64,000 nucleotides of DNA from an uncultured Candidatus Saccharibacteria bacterium. GTDB lineage: Bacteria > Patescibacteriota > Minisyncoccia > Phycocordibacterales > UBA12088. The stretch covers positions 293,997-357,996 of the forward strand of contig CAZHFF010000001.1 of the NCBI GenBank assembly GCA_964531785.1, written 5' to 3'. Shown piece after piece: positions 19,485-27,650 of this stretch; the stretch's first letter is position 1, and each line of letters starts with the position of its first letter. The notes beneath the pieces are model-generated. The model had not been told where the DNA came from and made no database searches. It worked only from the letters and a program-made list of their open reading frames with translations. Position numbers and translations under genes: made by a program.

Positions 19485-20078
19485 ATGAAACGACTCATGC
19501 TTGCAGCTGTCTTGCTGTGCTTGCTCGTTGGAGTGAGCGGATTGGTGTATGCAAGGACGTACTCGCTCTATACGACGACCGGATTCGTTGAGCTGCTCAT
19601 CGAACGAGGCATCGTACCAGAACCGCTGGCAGGCACTGCGCGAGCGCTTGCGAGTGCGATAGAGCGTATTGAGCATATGAGGAGCGGAACGCGCGAAGTG
19701 GCGGCACCGGACCCTGTCACCGTGGAGGTGTCACAGTTCATCGAGCATGGTGATCTGACGTATGACGAGGGCGAAGATATCGAAGGACTCCTGCTTACGG
19801 TAAAGAACGGGGGCAGTGATTCGCTTGCGCTTGATGCTGTTCGTGGGTGTCAGGTTGTGTACCGGATCTATCGTGAACAGGAACAGCTCTATGACAGCAG
19901 GGAAACAGAACGTTGCAAGACCGACGAGCTCGTTGTATGGGAGCTGTCACCCGGGGAGCTGCGTATGTTCCCCGTACGACACAGCGTAGCTGACCTCGCG
20001 CTCCTCCCTGGTGTATATAGGTTCGAGCTTGAGTATCCTGGCTACGGGAAGGGGAGTCGTGAGATAACCGTACGGTAA
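19485..20078 (+). CDS. hypothetical secreted protein
   Basis: Signal-peptide-like N-terminus MKRLMLAAVLLCLLVGVSGLVYA and a beta-rich C-terminal half with two Cys. ATG 19485 lies inside track ORF 19446-20078. Confidence 0.55.
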   Translation: MKRLMLAAVLLCLLVGVSGLVYARTYSLYTTTGFVELLIERGIVPEPLAGTARALASAIERIEHMRSGTREVAAPDPVTVEVSQFIEHGDLTYDEGEDIEGLLLTVKNGGSDSLALDAVRGCQVVYRIYREQEQLYDSRETERCKTDELVVWELSPGELRMFPVRHSVADLALLPGVYRFELEYPGYGKGSREITVR

Positions 20079-20102
20079 ACACAGAGTGAGACCTTGTGCG
20101 CG

Positions 20103-23100
20103 TTAGAGCGACTTCACCTTATCGACCACGAAACTCCGCTCTCCGTTCCGCTCGTTCACCTTGCCTTTTAGCGCGACACAGTGCCCGGCCTGGAGGATCT
20201 CGCGCGTTTCCTGGAACGTTTTCGGGAACACGACACCGTCGATCGCTCCGTCATAATCCGCCAGCTTGATGAAGGCCATCTTATCTCCCTTTTTCGTGAT
20301 GAGCGGCTTGACCTCGGTGAGGAGTCCCATGATGACGGTGTCGACGCCCGGATAGCCCTCTTTGGTCTCTGTGATGTTCTTCCCGAGGGCTTGGAGACGT
20401 GCCCGGTGCTCGTCGAGCGGATGCCCTGATACGTAGAGGCCGATCAGCTCCTTTTCCCACCCGAGCATGACGCTTCGCGGCGTCTCCGGCGCCTCAGGTA
20501 GCACCAGTTCCTCATTCGCAGCGTCTAGCGCTCCGAACAGCGACGATTGCCCAGTGTCAGTAGATCGCTCTTTTGCGACCGAGAGCAGACGTTCGATGTG
20601 TGCAAGGAGGCGGCCACGTTTGAACGAGAACGAATCAAGGGCTCCGCACATGATGAGCGCCTCGAGCGACTTTTTGTTCAGGTTGCGGTTCTTCACCCGT
20701 TCAAGGAAATCTGAGATCGTTCGGAATCGCCCGTGCGCCGCTCGCTCTTCGATGATCGTAGTAGTGATCCCCTCGCCGAAGTTCTTGATCGAACGCAGTC
20801 CGAACCGTATCGCATCCCTCTCCGGCGCATCCTTGTCCTTCACGATAGTGAAGTCGGCAAAGCTTTCGTTGACGTCAGGTTTTAGCACGCGAATCCCGAG
20901 CCGCTTACACTCACCCACCGCTTCGGCGACCTTGTCGATGTCGCCACTATCCGCAGTTAGTATCGCGGCCATGTACTCGACCGGGTAGTTCGCCTTCATG
21001 TATGCCGTTTGGTAGGCAACTCGGCCATAGCTCGCCGCATGCGCCTTGTTGAAACCGTAGCCTTGGAAAGGCTCGAAAAGGTTCCAGATAGTCTCAGCCT
21101 CCGCTTTCGGAATACCGGAGTAGCGTTCACAGCCCTCGACAAAAATAATATGCTGCTTGGCCATTTCTTCGGGTATCTTTTTACCCACCGCCTTGCGGAA
21201 CTTATCGACAGACTCCCAATCGTAACCCGCAAGTTCGAGTGCCGTGAAAAGCAGGTCCTCCTGGTAGACAAGAATACCGAGGCTGGGCTCAAGCCACTTC
21301 TTCGCTTTAGGGTGGAAGTAGCGGACCGGGGAGCGGCCCTGTTTTCGGGCAATGTACTCAGGTATGTTTCGCATCGGTCCGGGCCGATAGAGGGCGATCA
21401 TCGCGTTAATGTCGTGGATGTTCGTCGGACGCAGCTCCTTGAGGTAGCGGGTCATCGCGGCCCCGTTCAACTGGAAGACACCCATGGTCTCGCCTCGTGT
21501 GAGCATCGCATAGGTCTTTGCATCATCAAGCGGTATGGTATCGAAATCGATCTCGACACCGTGCCGCTCGAGGACGCGATCGCGGGCATCTGCGAGAATG
21601 GACAGGTTCTTGATACCTAGGAAATCGAACTTCAGCAGCCCGACCCCGTCCTCGCCGACCGCATGCATGTCATACTGCGTGACGAGCTTGCCTCCCTTTG
21701 GGTCCGGTTGGAGCGGCACGAACTCGCTCAGTGGCTCTGGCGCGATCACTACACCAGCAGCATGTACTCCGACGTGTCGTGCGGAACCTTCGATCTTGCG
21801 GGCAAGATCGACGATGCGTGCCGTATCCTTGTCCTTCGCGTACAGTTCAGCGAACTCCTTCTCAAGCTCAAGTGCCGTTTCGATGGTCATGGGAAAGCCT
21901 TGTGAACCCATAGGGATCAGTTTTGCGATGCGGTCACCAACGCTATAGCCGTAACCGAGCGCACGAGCGACGTCCCGCACGGCAGCACGCGCCATCATCG
22001 TTCCGAACGTACCGATCTGTGCCACTTTATCAGCACCGTACTTTTCGCGCGCATAGTCGATCATCTCATCGCGCCGATTGTCAGCGTAGTCCATGTCGAT
22101 GTCGGGCGCTGAGGGTCGTTTTGGGTTCAGGAACCGCTCGAACGGAATGTTGTACTCGAGCGGGTTCACGGTCGTGATGCCGAGCGCATAGGTCGTGAGC
22201 GACCCTGCAACGGACCCGCGGATCGTGGTCAGGATCTTTCGCTTTCGCGCTTCGCGGAGCAGGTCGCCGACCGCAAGGAAGTACTTCGAGTAGCCTTTCA
22301 TCTGAATGACCGAGATCTCATAGTCCAGTCGTTCCTTGATCGGCCCCTCATACGAGAGGCCACGCCATTCCAGTCCTTTACGGGCAAGATGCACGAGTTC
22401 TTCGTCCGGCGTGCGTCCGCTCTCTATGGTGTAGTCGGGGAAGTACCAATGGCCAAGCTCTATCTCAAGGTTCACACGTTCAGCGATGCGTACGGTGTTC
22501 TCGAGCGCTTCAGGTGTTGCGCTAAAGAGCTCATGTGCACGTTCGACGCCGATGAACGAGAAATCCTCATCCTCGATAAAACCTTCCTCAGCAAGCGGTC
22601 CTCCGGTCTGGATCTTGATGAGCGTTTCCCGGGCAAGGCGGTCCTCGGGGGTGAGGTAGTAGGTGTCCTGTGCGGCAACAAGCGGCACTTGCGTCGCCTG
22701 AGCAAGTCGTATGATCTGTTCCTCGATGTACTTCCGGCCCTCGATCTCGTCATGGCGGCTGAGCTCAAGATAGGTCGCCTCCAGGCCGAAGACACGTTGG
22801 TACCAGTGTGCGGTCTCCGCGGCCCGTTCGAGATTGTTACCGGTGAGTGCGCTCACATGCTCACCGCCAAAGGAAGGCAGGATAGCAATAAGGCCCTTAT
22901 TGTGTGCCTCCAACAGCTCACGGTCGACGCGTGGTTTGAGGAACAACCCCTCCGTATAGGACGCGGTCACGAGCTTGATCAGGTTCTTGTAACCCTCGTG
23001 GTCGAGTGCAAGGAGCACCAGTCGATGCCACTTACTGTCGAGACTTCCCTCACGGTCGAACCGGGAGCGTGGTGCGACGTAGAGATCGACGCCCAGAATG

Positions 23101-23285
23101 GGCTTCACCCCCTCCTTGTGACAACGCTGATAGAACTCAATAGCCCCGTAGAGGTTGCCGTTATCAGTAAGTGCGAGCGCGTCCATGCCAGCTTGCTTTG
23201 CTGCCTTGACCAGTGAGGGGAGTTTGGGAACGCCGTTGAGGAGAGAATAGTGGCTGTGGGTGTGGAGGTGGACAAACGAAGACAT
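20103..23285 (-). CDS. dnaE: DNA polymerase III alpha subunit
   Basis: PHP domain FVHLHTHSHYSLLNG, collinear pol III alpha core, and a C-terminal OB fold. ATG 23285 lies inside track ORF 20103-23321. Confidence 0.9.
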   Translation of the reverse strand: MSSFVHLHTHSHYSLLNGVPKLPSLVKAAKQAGMDALALTDNGNLYGAIEFYQRCHKEGVKPILGVDLYVAPRSRFDREGSLDSKWHRLVLLALDHEGYKNLIKLVTASYTEGLFLKPRVDRELLEAHNKGLIAILPSFGGEHVSALTGNNLERAAETAHWYQRVFGLEATYLELSRHDEIEGRKYIEEQIIRLAQATQVPLVAAQDTYYLTPEDRLARETLIKIQTGGPLAEEGFIEDEDFSFIGVERAHELFSATPEALENTVRIAERVNLEIELGHWYFPDYTIESGRTPDEELVHLARKGLEWRGLSYEGPIKERLDYEISVIQMKGYSKYFLAVGDLLREARKRKILTTIRGSVAGSLTTYALGITTVNPLEYNIPFERFLNPKRPSAPDIDMDYADNRRDEMIDYAREKYGADKVAQIGTFGTMMARAAVRDVARALGYGYSVGDRIAKLIPMGSQGFPMTIETALELEKEFAELYAKDKDTARIVDLARKIEGSARHVGVHAAGVVIAPEPLSEFVPLQPDPKGGKLVTQYDMHAVGEDGVGLLKFDFLGIKNLSILADARDRVLERHGVEIDFDTIPLDDAKTYAMLTRGETMGVFQLNGAAMTRYLKELRPTNIHDINAMIALYRPGPMRNIPEYIARKQGRSPVRYFHPKAKKWLEPSLGILVYQEDLLFTALELAGYDWESVDKFRKAVGKKIPEEMAKQHIIFVEGCERYSGIPKAEAETIWNLFEPFQGYGFNKAHAASYGRVAYQTAYMKANYPVEYMAAILTADSGDIDKVAEAVGECKRLGIRVLKPDVNESFADFTIVKDKDAPERDAIRFGLRSIKNFGEGITTTIIEERAAHGRFRTISDFLERVKNRNLNKKSLEALIMCGALDSFSFKRGRLLAHIERLLSVAKERSTDTGQSSLFGALDAANEELVLPEAPETPRSVMLGWEKELIGLYVSGHPLDEHRARLQALGKNITETKEGYPGVDTVIMGLLTEVKPLITKKGDKMAFIKLADYDGAIDGVVFPKTFQETREILQAGHCVALKGKVNERNGERSFVVDKVKSL

Positions 23286-23291
23286 GGCTAC

Positions 23292-23321
23292 AGTATAGCA
23301 ACCGCGTGCGTAAATTGACAA
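23292..23321 (-). promoter_or_regulatory. dnaE promoter: TTGTCA-18-TGcTATACT, 6 nt upstream of ATG
   Basis: The reverse complement reads TTGTCAatttacgcacgcggtTGCTATACTgtagccATG. Confidence 0.5.
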
Positions 23322-23343
23322 CGAGCTATATTAGTGGTACGAT
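23315..23343 (+). promoter_or_regulatory. candidate promoter TTGACA-17-TACGAT for the small-ORF unit
   Basis: The -35 hexamer overlaps the -35 of the divergent dnaE promoter. It lies upstream of the GGAGG-led micro-ORF. Confidence 0.35.
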
Positions 23344-23372
23344 AGCACTGGTGGCAACAGCGGAGGCTTACG

Positions 23373-23468
23373 ATGCACAATAACGAAAATGACGCTCACA
23401 CAGCGGAAATACTGCTCAAACGCGCGCTTGCATGTAAGACGATGGAGCGCGCAAGCACGAGCTTGTGA
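23373..23468 (+). CDS. possible 31-aa micro-ORF
   Basis: GGAGG (23362-23366) lies 6 nt upstream of ATG 23373. The ORF reads MHNNENDAHTAEILLKRALACKTMERASTSL. Its stop overlaps GTG 23465 of the next ORF. There is no homology support. Confidence 0.2.
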   Translation: MHNNENDAHTAEILLKRALACKTMERASTSL

Positions 23469-23728
23469 GGCTGTTTTATCTCGACTGTGGCGGCATGATG
23501 TGCGTGCTTCCGCAGCAAGAGCTTCCAGCATTTAGACTGGAAACCGCTGTTGCGCTCGCACGACAGCGTGAGATAGCGTTATTTATACATGGACAAAAAA
23601 AGCGCGTTCGGCAACAGTTCGGCCGATCGCTCCACCTGCTAGGTCAAAATGAGGTGCTCTGGGCGTTGTGTCAGGGCTGTATGTCGGCAGGTTTCACAGA
23701 TGAGGCAATAGACCTGATCACCGTTTGA
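23465..23728 (+). CDS. possible small protein (87 aa from GTG 23465, 77 aa from ATG 23495)
   Basis: An ORF in the 480-bp dnaE/rnhB divergent spacer, followed by a hairpin at 23751-23773. Codon usage looks gene-like. No recognisable domain. Confidence 0.3.
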   Translation: MRLFYLDCGGMMCVLPQQELPAFRLETAVALARQREIALFIHGQKKRVRQQFGRSLHLLGQNEVLWALCQGCMSAGFTDEAIDLITV

Positions 23729-23750
23729 TGAGTTCTGCCGTTCATTATCT

Positions 23751-23773
23751 ATCCGCCCACCATCCGGGCGGAT
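23751..23773 (+). terminator. hairpin after the small ORF
   Basis: atccgccc / gggcggat, 8 bp with a 7-nt loop, 23 nt after the stop at 23728. The T-tract is weak (cttcgtt). Confidence 0.35.
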
Positions 23774-23801
23774 CTTCGTTACGCTATGCTAGGATTACCG
23801 G

Positions 23802-24428
23802 ATGAGGTATACAACGCTTGTCGGTGTCGATGAGGCCGGTCGGGGCCCTCTGGCAGGACCGGTCGCCGTCGGCGCATTCGCCGCGTTGCCGGGCTTTGAT
23901 GTTGCGCAGCTTACGAGTATACGTGACTCGAAGGTAGCGTCGGAGGCAGAGCGCGAGGCATGGTACGCCAAACTAACTCACCTGCCAAACTGTAGGTGGG
24001 CGGTCGCTCAGTGTGGGGCCGGGTACATAGATCGCCATGGCATTGTGCGTGCCGTTACGTGCGCGCTCGATCGCGCGCTCGCAGCACTTGAGCTTGACCC
24101 AAGTACGACCAGCGTGTTCCTTGACGGCTCGCTCAGGGCGCCTCATAAGTATCATGACCAGACGACCATCATCCGAGGCGACAGCACCGTCCCGGTCATT
24201 CAGGCCGCGGCCATCTTGGCGAAGGTCACTCGTGACCGGCTCATGGTCCGTATGGCGAAGCACTATCCCGCATATGGGTTCGCAGCGCATAAGGGGTATG
24301 GTACGAAGGCACATCGTGACGCCATTATGATGCATGGATTATGTAATTTGCATAGAATGTCCTTTTGCAAAGGAATGATACAAGCCAAAGGTCAAAATGC
24401 AGAAATCAAAAGTGCCATTCAAACGTAA
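23802..24428 (+). CDS. rnhB: ribonuclease HII
   Basis: VGVDEAGRGPLAGPV and DSKVASEAERE blocks, plus C-terminal HKGYGTKAHRDAI. Confidence 0.85.
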   Translation: MRYTTLVGVDEAGRGPLAGPVAVGAFAALPGFDVAQLTSIRDSKVASEAEREAWYAKLTHLPNCRWAVAQCGAGYIDRHGIVRAVTCALDRALAALELDPSTTSVFLDGSLRAPHKYHDQTTIIRGDSTVPVIQAAAILAKVTRDRLMVRMAKHYPAYGFAAHKGYGTKAHRDAIMMHGLCNLHRMSFCKGMIQAKGQNAEIKSAIQT

Positions 24429-24575
24429 AAAGTAGTCGCGCACGAACCTGCATATACCGGCAACGGCACGCAACATTGCCGATTGCCTGATTTTGACCTT
24501 CGACCTGCAATTTTTGTATTTTGAGCTTTGACTTTTGCGTTTCAGTCATTAATCCCCATTTCTACAGAGCCAGCC

Positions 24576-24604
24576 TTGCTTTTTTCTTGATACTTCGATA
24601 GAGT
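24576..24604 (+). promoter_or_regulatory. rpmF promoter TTGCTT-17-TAGAGT, 6 nt upstream of ATG
   Basis: Hexamers and spacing read directly. The ATG at 24611 would be at or next to the transcription start. Confidence 0.5.
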
Positions 24605-24610
24605 ATTCAC

Positions 24611-24874
24611 ATGTCCGTACGAATGAAGCTCAGTCACGCGAAGACGCGCAGCAGGCGTGCGCATCACCATGCTGCAGCACCGACCATTTCCGGCGCGGGG
24701 ACTGCGGCTCGGTTGCGCCACCATGTCGACCTGTCAACAGGTATGTATCGCGGTAAGCAGATACTGGACACCCGTGCCAGTACCAAGGCGGTGACCGGTA
24801 CGAAGGCTGCTCCTGTGAAGGGTGGTGCAACGCGAAAGAAGGGGAAGGAAAATACCAAGGCTGAGGGTAAGTAG
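24611..24874 (+). CDS. rpmF: 50S ribosomal protein L32 (Cys-less form) with Lys-rich C-terminal tail
   Basis: MSVRMKLSHAKTRSRRAHHH...RLRHHVDLSTGMYRGKQIL is collinear with L32 (MAVPKRKTS.SRR..RRAH...H.VC...G.YRG..V). About 35 extra K/A/T-rich residues follow. Confidence 0.7.
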   Translation: MSVRMKLSHAKTRSRRAHHHAAAPTISGAGTAARLRHHVDLSTGMYRGKQILDTRASTKAVTGTKAAPVKGGATRKKGKENTKAEGK

Positions 24875-24936
24875 CGCATTGCAGACACAGACCGCATTGG
24901 TGGGAGTGCGCAGTGCCAGGGGCACTTTTATAGTAT

Positions 24937-25878
24937 ATGGCGAACAGACACCTTTCACGGTCAATCGTTCTACAAACACTTTTCGAGTGGGACACCAACC
25001 TCGAGGATGGGCGTACCGATAGCCACGAGGCGATCCTGCAAATGTTGCAGCGCAATATAGAGGAGTTTGCCCCTGATACCAAGGATCAGGCTTTCATGCG
25101 TCGACTACTTGAGGGGGTCATCGAAAAAAAGCCGGACTTAGACCTCATCATCACCAAAGCAGCACCGGAGTGGCCAATAGAAAAGATATCAAGGGTCGAT
25201 CGCAACATCTTGCGGATCGGCCTGTTTGAACTCTTGTTCGCGGATCGGGCTGAGGTGCCCGCCAAGGTGGCCATCAACGAAGCGATCGAACTTGGCAAGA
25301 ACTTCGGCGGAGAAAGCTCTGGACGATTCGTGAACGGAGTGCTGGGCTTTGTATACAAGGAGCTCGGTGAGCCGGGCCGGAACGAGAGCTCGACGAAGCA
25401 GGCACGTAAGAACAAGGACCGTCCGCTCATCCCCTACGAAAAAATGCCGATCGAGCGTAAGAGCGGCGCGGTGGTCTTTGCGCGAGATGGAGAGGACGTG
25501 TATGTTGCGTTGGTGCATGACGTGTTCGGGCACTGGACCCTGTCAAAGGGCAGCGTCGAAGAGCGCGAGGACGCAGAAGCTGCTGCCGTGCGGGAGATCA
25601 AAGAAGAGATGGACCTCGACATCCGGATCGTCGAGAAGCTGGGAGAGAACGAGTATGTTGCGTCACACCCTGAAAAGGGTAAGATACGAAAGCAGGTCAC
25701 GTACTTTTTAGCGGAATCCGCATTCACGGAGGTGCGCCTTGAGGAGGGCAAGGGCGGCCTTGATGACGCTCGATGGTTCAAGCTCGCGGACATCCTCGAG
25801 CTCAACTTCTATCATGATATCCTTCCCATCATTACCAAAGCGATAAACATCCTTTTAAGCACAGAGCGCAAAAGCTGA
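24937..25878 (+). CDS. nusB: NusB antitermination factor fused to a Nudix hydrolase domain
   Basis: Residues 1 to about 140 are NusB (RSIVLQTLFEWD, DRNILRIGLFELLF, VAINEAIELGKNFGG, RFVNGVLG). The C-terminal half has the Nudix box GSVEEREDAEAAAVREIKEEMDL. Confidence 0.8.
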   Translation: MANRHLSRSIVLQTLFEWDTNLEDGRTDSHEAILQMLQRNIEEFAPDTKDQAFMRRLLEGVIEKKPDLDLIITKAAPEWPIEKISRVDRNILRIGLFELLFADRAEVPAKVAINEAIELGKNFGGESSGRFVNGVLGFVYKELGEPGRNESSTKQARKNKDRPLIPYEKMPIERKSGAVVFARDGEDVYVALVHDVFGHWTLSKGSVEEREDAEAAAVREIKEEMDLDIRIVEKLGENEYVASHPEKGKIRKQVTYFLAESAFTEVRLEEGKGGLDDARWFKLADILELNFYHDILPIITKAINILLSTERKS

Positions 25879-25884
25879 TCCTAT

Positions 25885-26601
25885 ATGGCCCAAGCAGCAG
25901 AGACGACCAATAAAGACCCACGACAATTTGAATCGGTCCTCGGACTATCATTCAAGGACCCAACACTCCTTCGCACCGCGTTTACGCACCGGTCCTACGT
26001 GAACGAGCACCGCGACGAGCAAGCAGAGCATAATGAACGCCTCGAGTTCTTAGGGGATGCGGTCCTTGAACTTGTGGTGACCAGGTTTCTGTACGATAAG
26101 TATCCGAATCGGCCGGAGGGTGACCTTACCGCGTATCGCGCCGCGCTCGTGAACACGATCACGATCTCCGGTGCGGCCACGAAACTCGGTATGAATGACT
26201 ACCTCATGCTTTCTCGCGGTGAGGCGCGTGACACCGGCCGTGCTCGACAGTACATATTGGCGAACACGTTCGAAGCGGTGATCGGTGCGCTCTACCTGGA
26301 TCAAGGCTACGATGCGGCAAAAGGTTTCATCGCGGAGCACATCTTCCCGCTTGCAGACGAGATCGTTCAGAAGCGTCTCTGGCAGGACAGCAAGAGTAGG
26401 TTCCAGGAAGAGGCACAGGAGCGGGTGTCGATCACGCCGAGCTATGCGCTCATGTCGGAGCAAGGTCCTGATCATGACAAGCGGTTCACGGTCGGGGTCT
26501 ATTTGGGGGACGAGTACGTGGCCAAGGGCGACGGGAGAAGCAAGCAGGAAGCCGAGCAAGCAGCAGCCGAAGCCGCACTCAGCACAAAGGGCTGGCTCTA
26601 G
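25885..26601 (+). CDS. rnc: ribonuclease III
   Basis: ERLEFLGDAVL signature and a C-terminal dsRBD (KQEAEQAAAEAAL). Confidence 0.9.
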   Translation: MAQAAETTNKDPRQFESVLGLSFKDPTLLRTAFTHRSYVNEHRDEQAEHNERLEFLGDAVLELVVTRFLYDKYPNRPEGDLTAYRAALVNTITISGAATKLGMNDYLMLSRGEARDTGRARQYILANTFEAVIGALYLDQGYDAAKGFIAEHIFPLADEIVQKRLWQDSKSRFQEEAQERVSITPSYALMSEQGPDHDKRFTVGVYLGDEYVAKGDGRSKQEAEQAAAEAALSTKGWL

Positions 26602-26642
26602 ATTTGACTGCAGAACTCTAACCTGGTACACTACGCGCCACT

Positions 26643-27002
26643 ATGGTCATCATACGATTACAACGGGTCGGACGCCGCAACCACGCGGAATTTCGCATTG
26701 TTGCAACGGAATCTACACGCGCACCGAAGAGTGCGAACTACATAGAGCTGCTTGGTACGTATAGCCCACACACGAACGAAGTTACCGTGGAGGGAGACCG
26801 GGTAAAGGAGTGGATCGCGCGCGGCGCACAGGTTTCCGACACGGTCCATAACTTGCTCGTTACCAAGAAGGTGCTCGAGGGAAAGAAGAAGAACGTGCTT
26901 CCGAAAAAGACGGTGCCTGTCGTCGCTAAGCCAGAGGCCGCAGAAAAAGCTGCTGACACAAAGGCAGAGGCTGCAGCCCCAAGCGAAACCGTAGCCGCGT
27001 AG
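26643..27002 (+). CDS. rpsP: 30S ribosomal protein S16 with K/A-rich C-terminal tail
   Basis: MVIIRLQRVGRRNHAEFRIVA...YIELLGTYSP is a typical S16 N-terminus. Confidence 0.9.
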   Translation: MVIIRLQRVGRRNHAEFRIVATESTRAPKSANYIELLGTYSPHTNEVTVEGDRVKEWIARGAQVSDTVHNLLVTKKVLEGKKKNVLPKKTVPVVAKPEAAEKAADTKAEAAAPSETVAA

Positions 27003-27083
27003 TACCAGGACAGGAGTGGTTTGCTCATTCCGCTCCTATTGGTACAATGGCAGCTGAGACGTTTACCAACAGAACTTACTATC

Positions 27084-27434
27084 ATGCAGGACGACCAAGA
27101 GTTTCTCGTATATGTTATCAAAGGATTGGTGGACCATCCGGACGCAGTGAAGGTCACGCGCGTGGTAGATGAGATGGGTGTACTGCTTACGCTCGATGTG
27201 CACCCTGAGGACATGGGCAAGATCATTGGCCGGAGCGGCAATACCGCCAAGGCGATTCGTACCCTTCTGCGCGTCGTGGGAATGAAGAACAATGCACGCG
27301 TCAATCTCAAGATCAATGAACCGGAGGGCGGCCTTCGCTCGCAAGAAAGGGCTGCAGAGCAGGGGGGTGACAGGGCGGAGTTGAGCAGCGCTGCGCGTTC
27401 GCTCGACGAAGCCATGGAGGACCTTAAGCTCTAA
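27084..27434 (+). CDS. KH-domain RNA-binding protein (YlqC/UPF0109-like)
   Basis: LVDHPDAVKV...DMGKIIGRSGNTAKAIRTLL contains the GxxG KH motif. It occupies the canonical position after rpsP. ATG 27084 lies inside track ORF 27021-27434. Confidence 0.8.
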   Translation: MQDDQEFLVYVIKGLVDHPDAVKVTRVVDEMGVLLTLDVHPEDMGKIIGRSGNTAKAIRTLLRVVGMKNNARVNLKINEPEGGLRSQERAAEQGGDRAELSSAARSLDEAMEDLKL

Positions 27435-27446
27435 CATACAAAGATG

Positions 27447-27492
27447 CTTCAAACACAAACGCCTCGCGTATGCGAGGCGTTTGTGTTTGAAG
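27447..27492 (+). terminator. 21-bp perfect hairpin after the KH-protein gene
   Basis: cttcaaacacaaacgcctcgc-gtat-gcgaggcgtttgtgtttgaag. The T/G-rich 3' arm is part of the stem. Confidence 0.7.
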
Positions 27493-27650
27493 AGCGCTCG
27501 AGTATAAGAGTCAAGGTGCAAAAGGCAAAACCAGGTAAGCATATGGGATAAGCTTTACCAGTTGTGCGAATGACAATTGAAGTGATACTGTTTGCAGGGT
27601 GACAAAGACCCAGACACGTTTTCATTTAATCACCCCCCATACCTGAACAT

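Noticed and set aside
23331-23531. A 66-aa minus-strand ORF in the dnaE/rnhB spacer.
   Set aside because: It would lie upstream of, and read away from, the dnaE promoter, with no start-site signals. It overlaps the better-supported plus-strand unit, which has a promoter, an SD and a hairpin.
24340-24545. An AT-rich patch at the rnhB 3' end and the following spacer. It has an 11-nt inverted match (aaggtcaaaat at 24388-24398 vs attttgacctt at 24490-24500) and a second 7-nt inverted match (24407-24413 vs 24531-24537).
   Set aside because: The two pairs are not nested, so they do not form a simple hairpin. Short matches are expected in low-complexity AT-rich sequence. No tRNA/ncRNA signature or mobile-element ends are visible. 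It is most likely just an AT-rich upstream region of the rpmF promoter.
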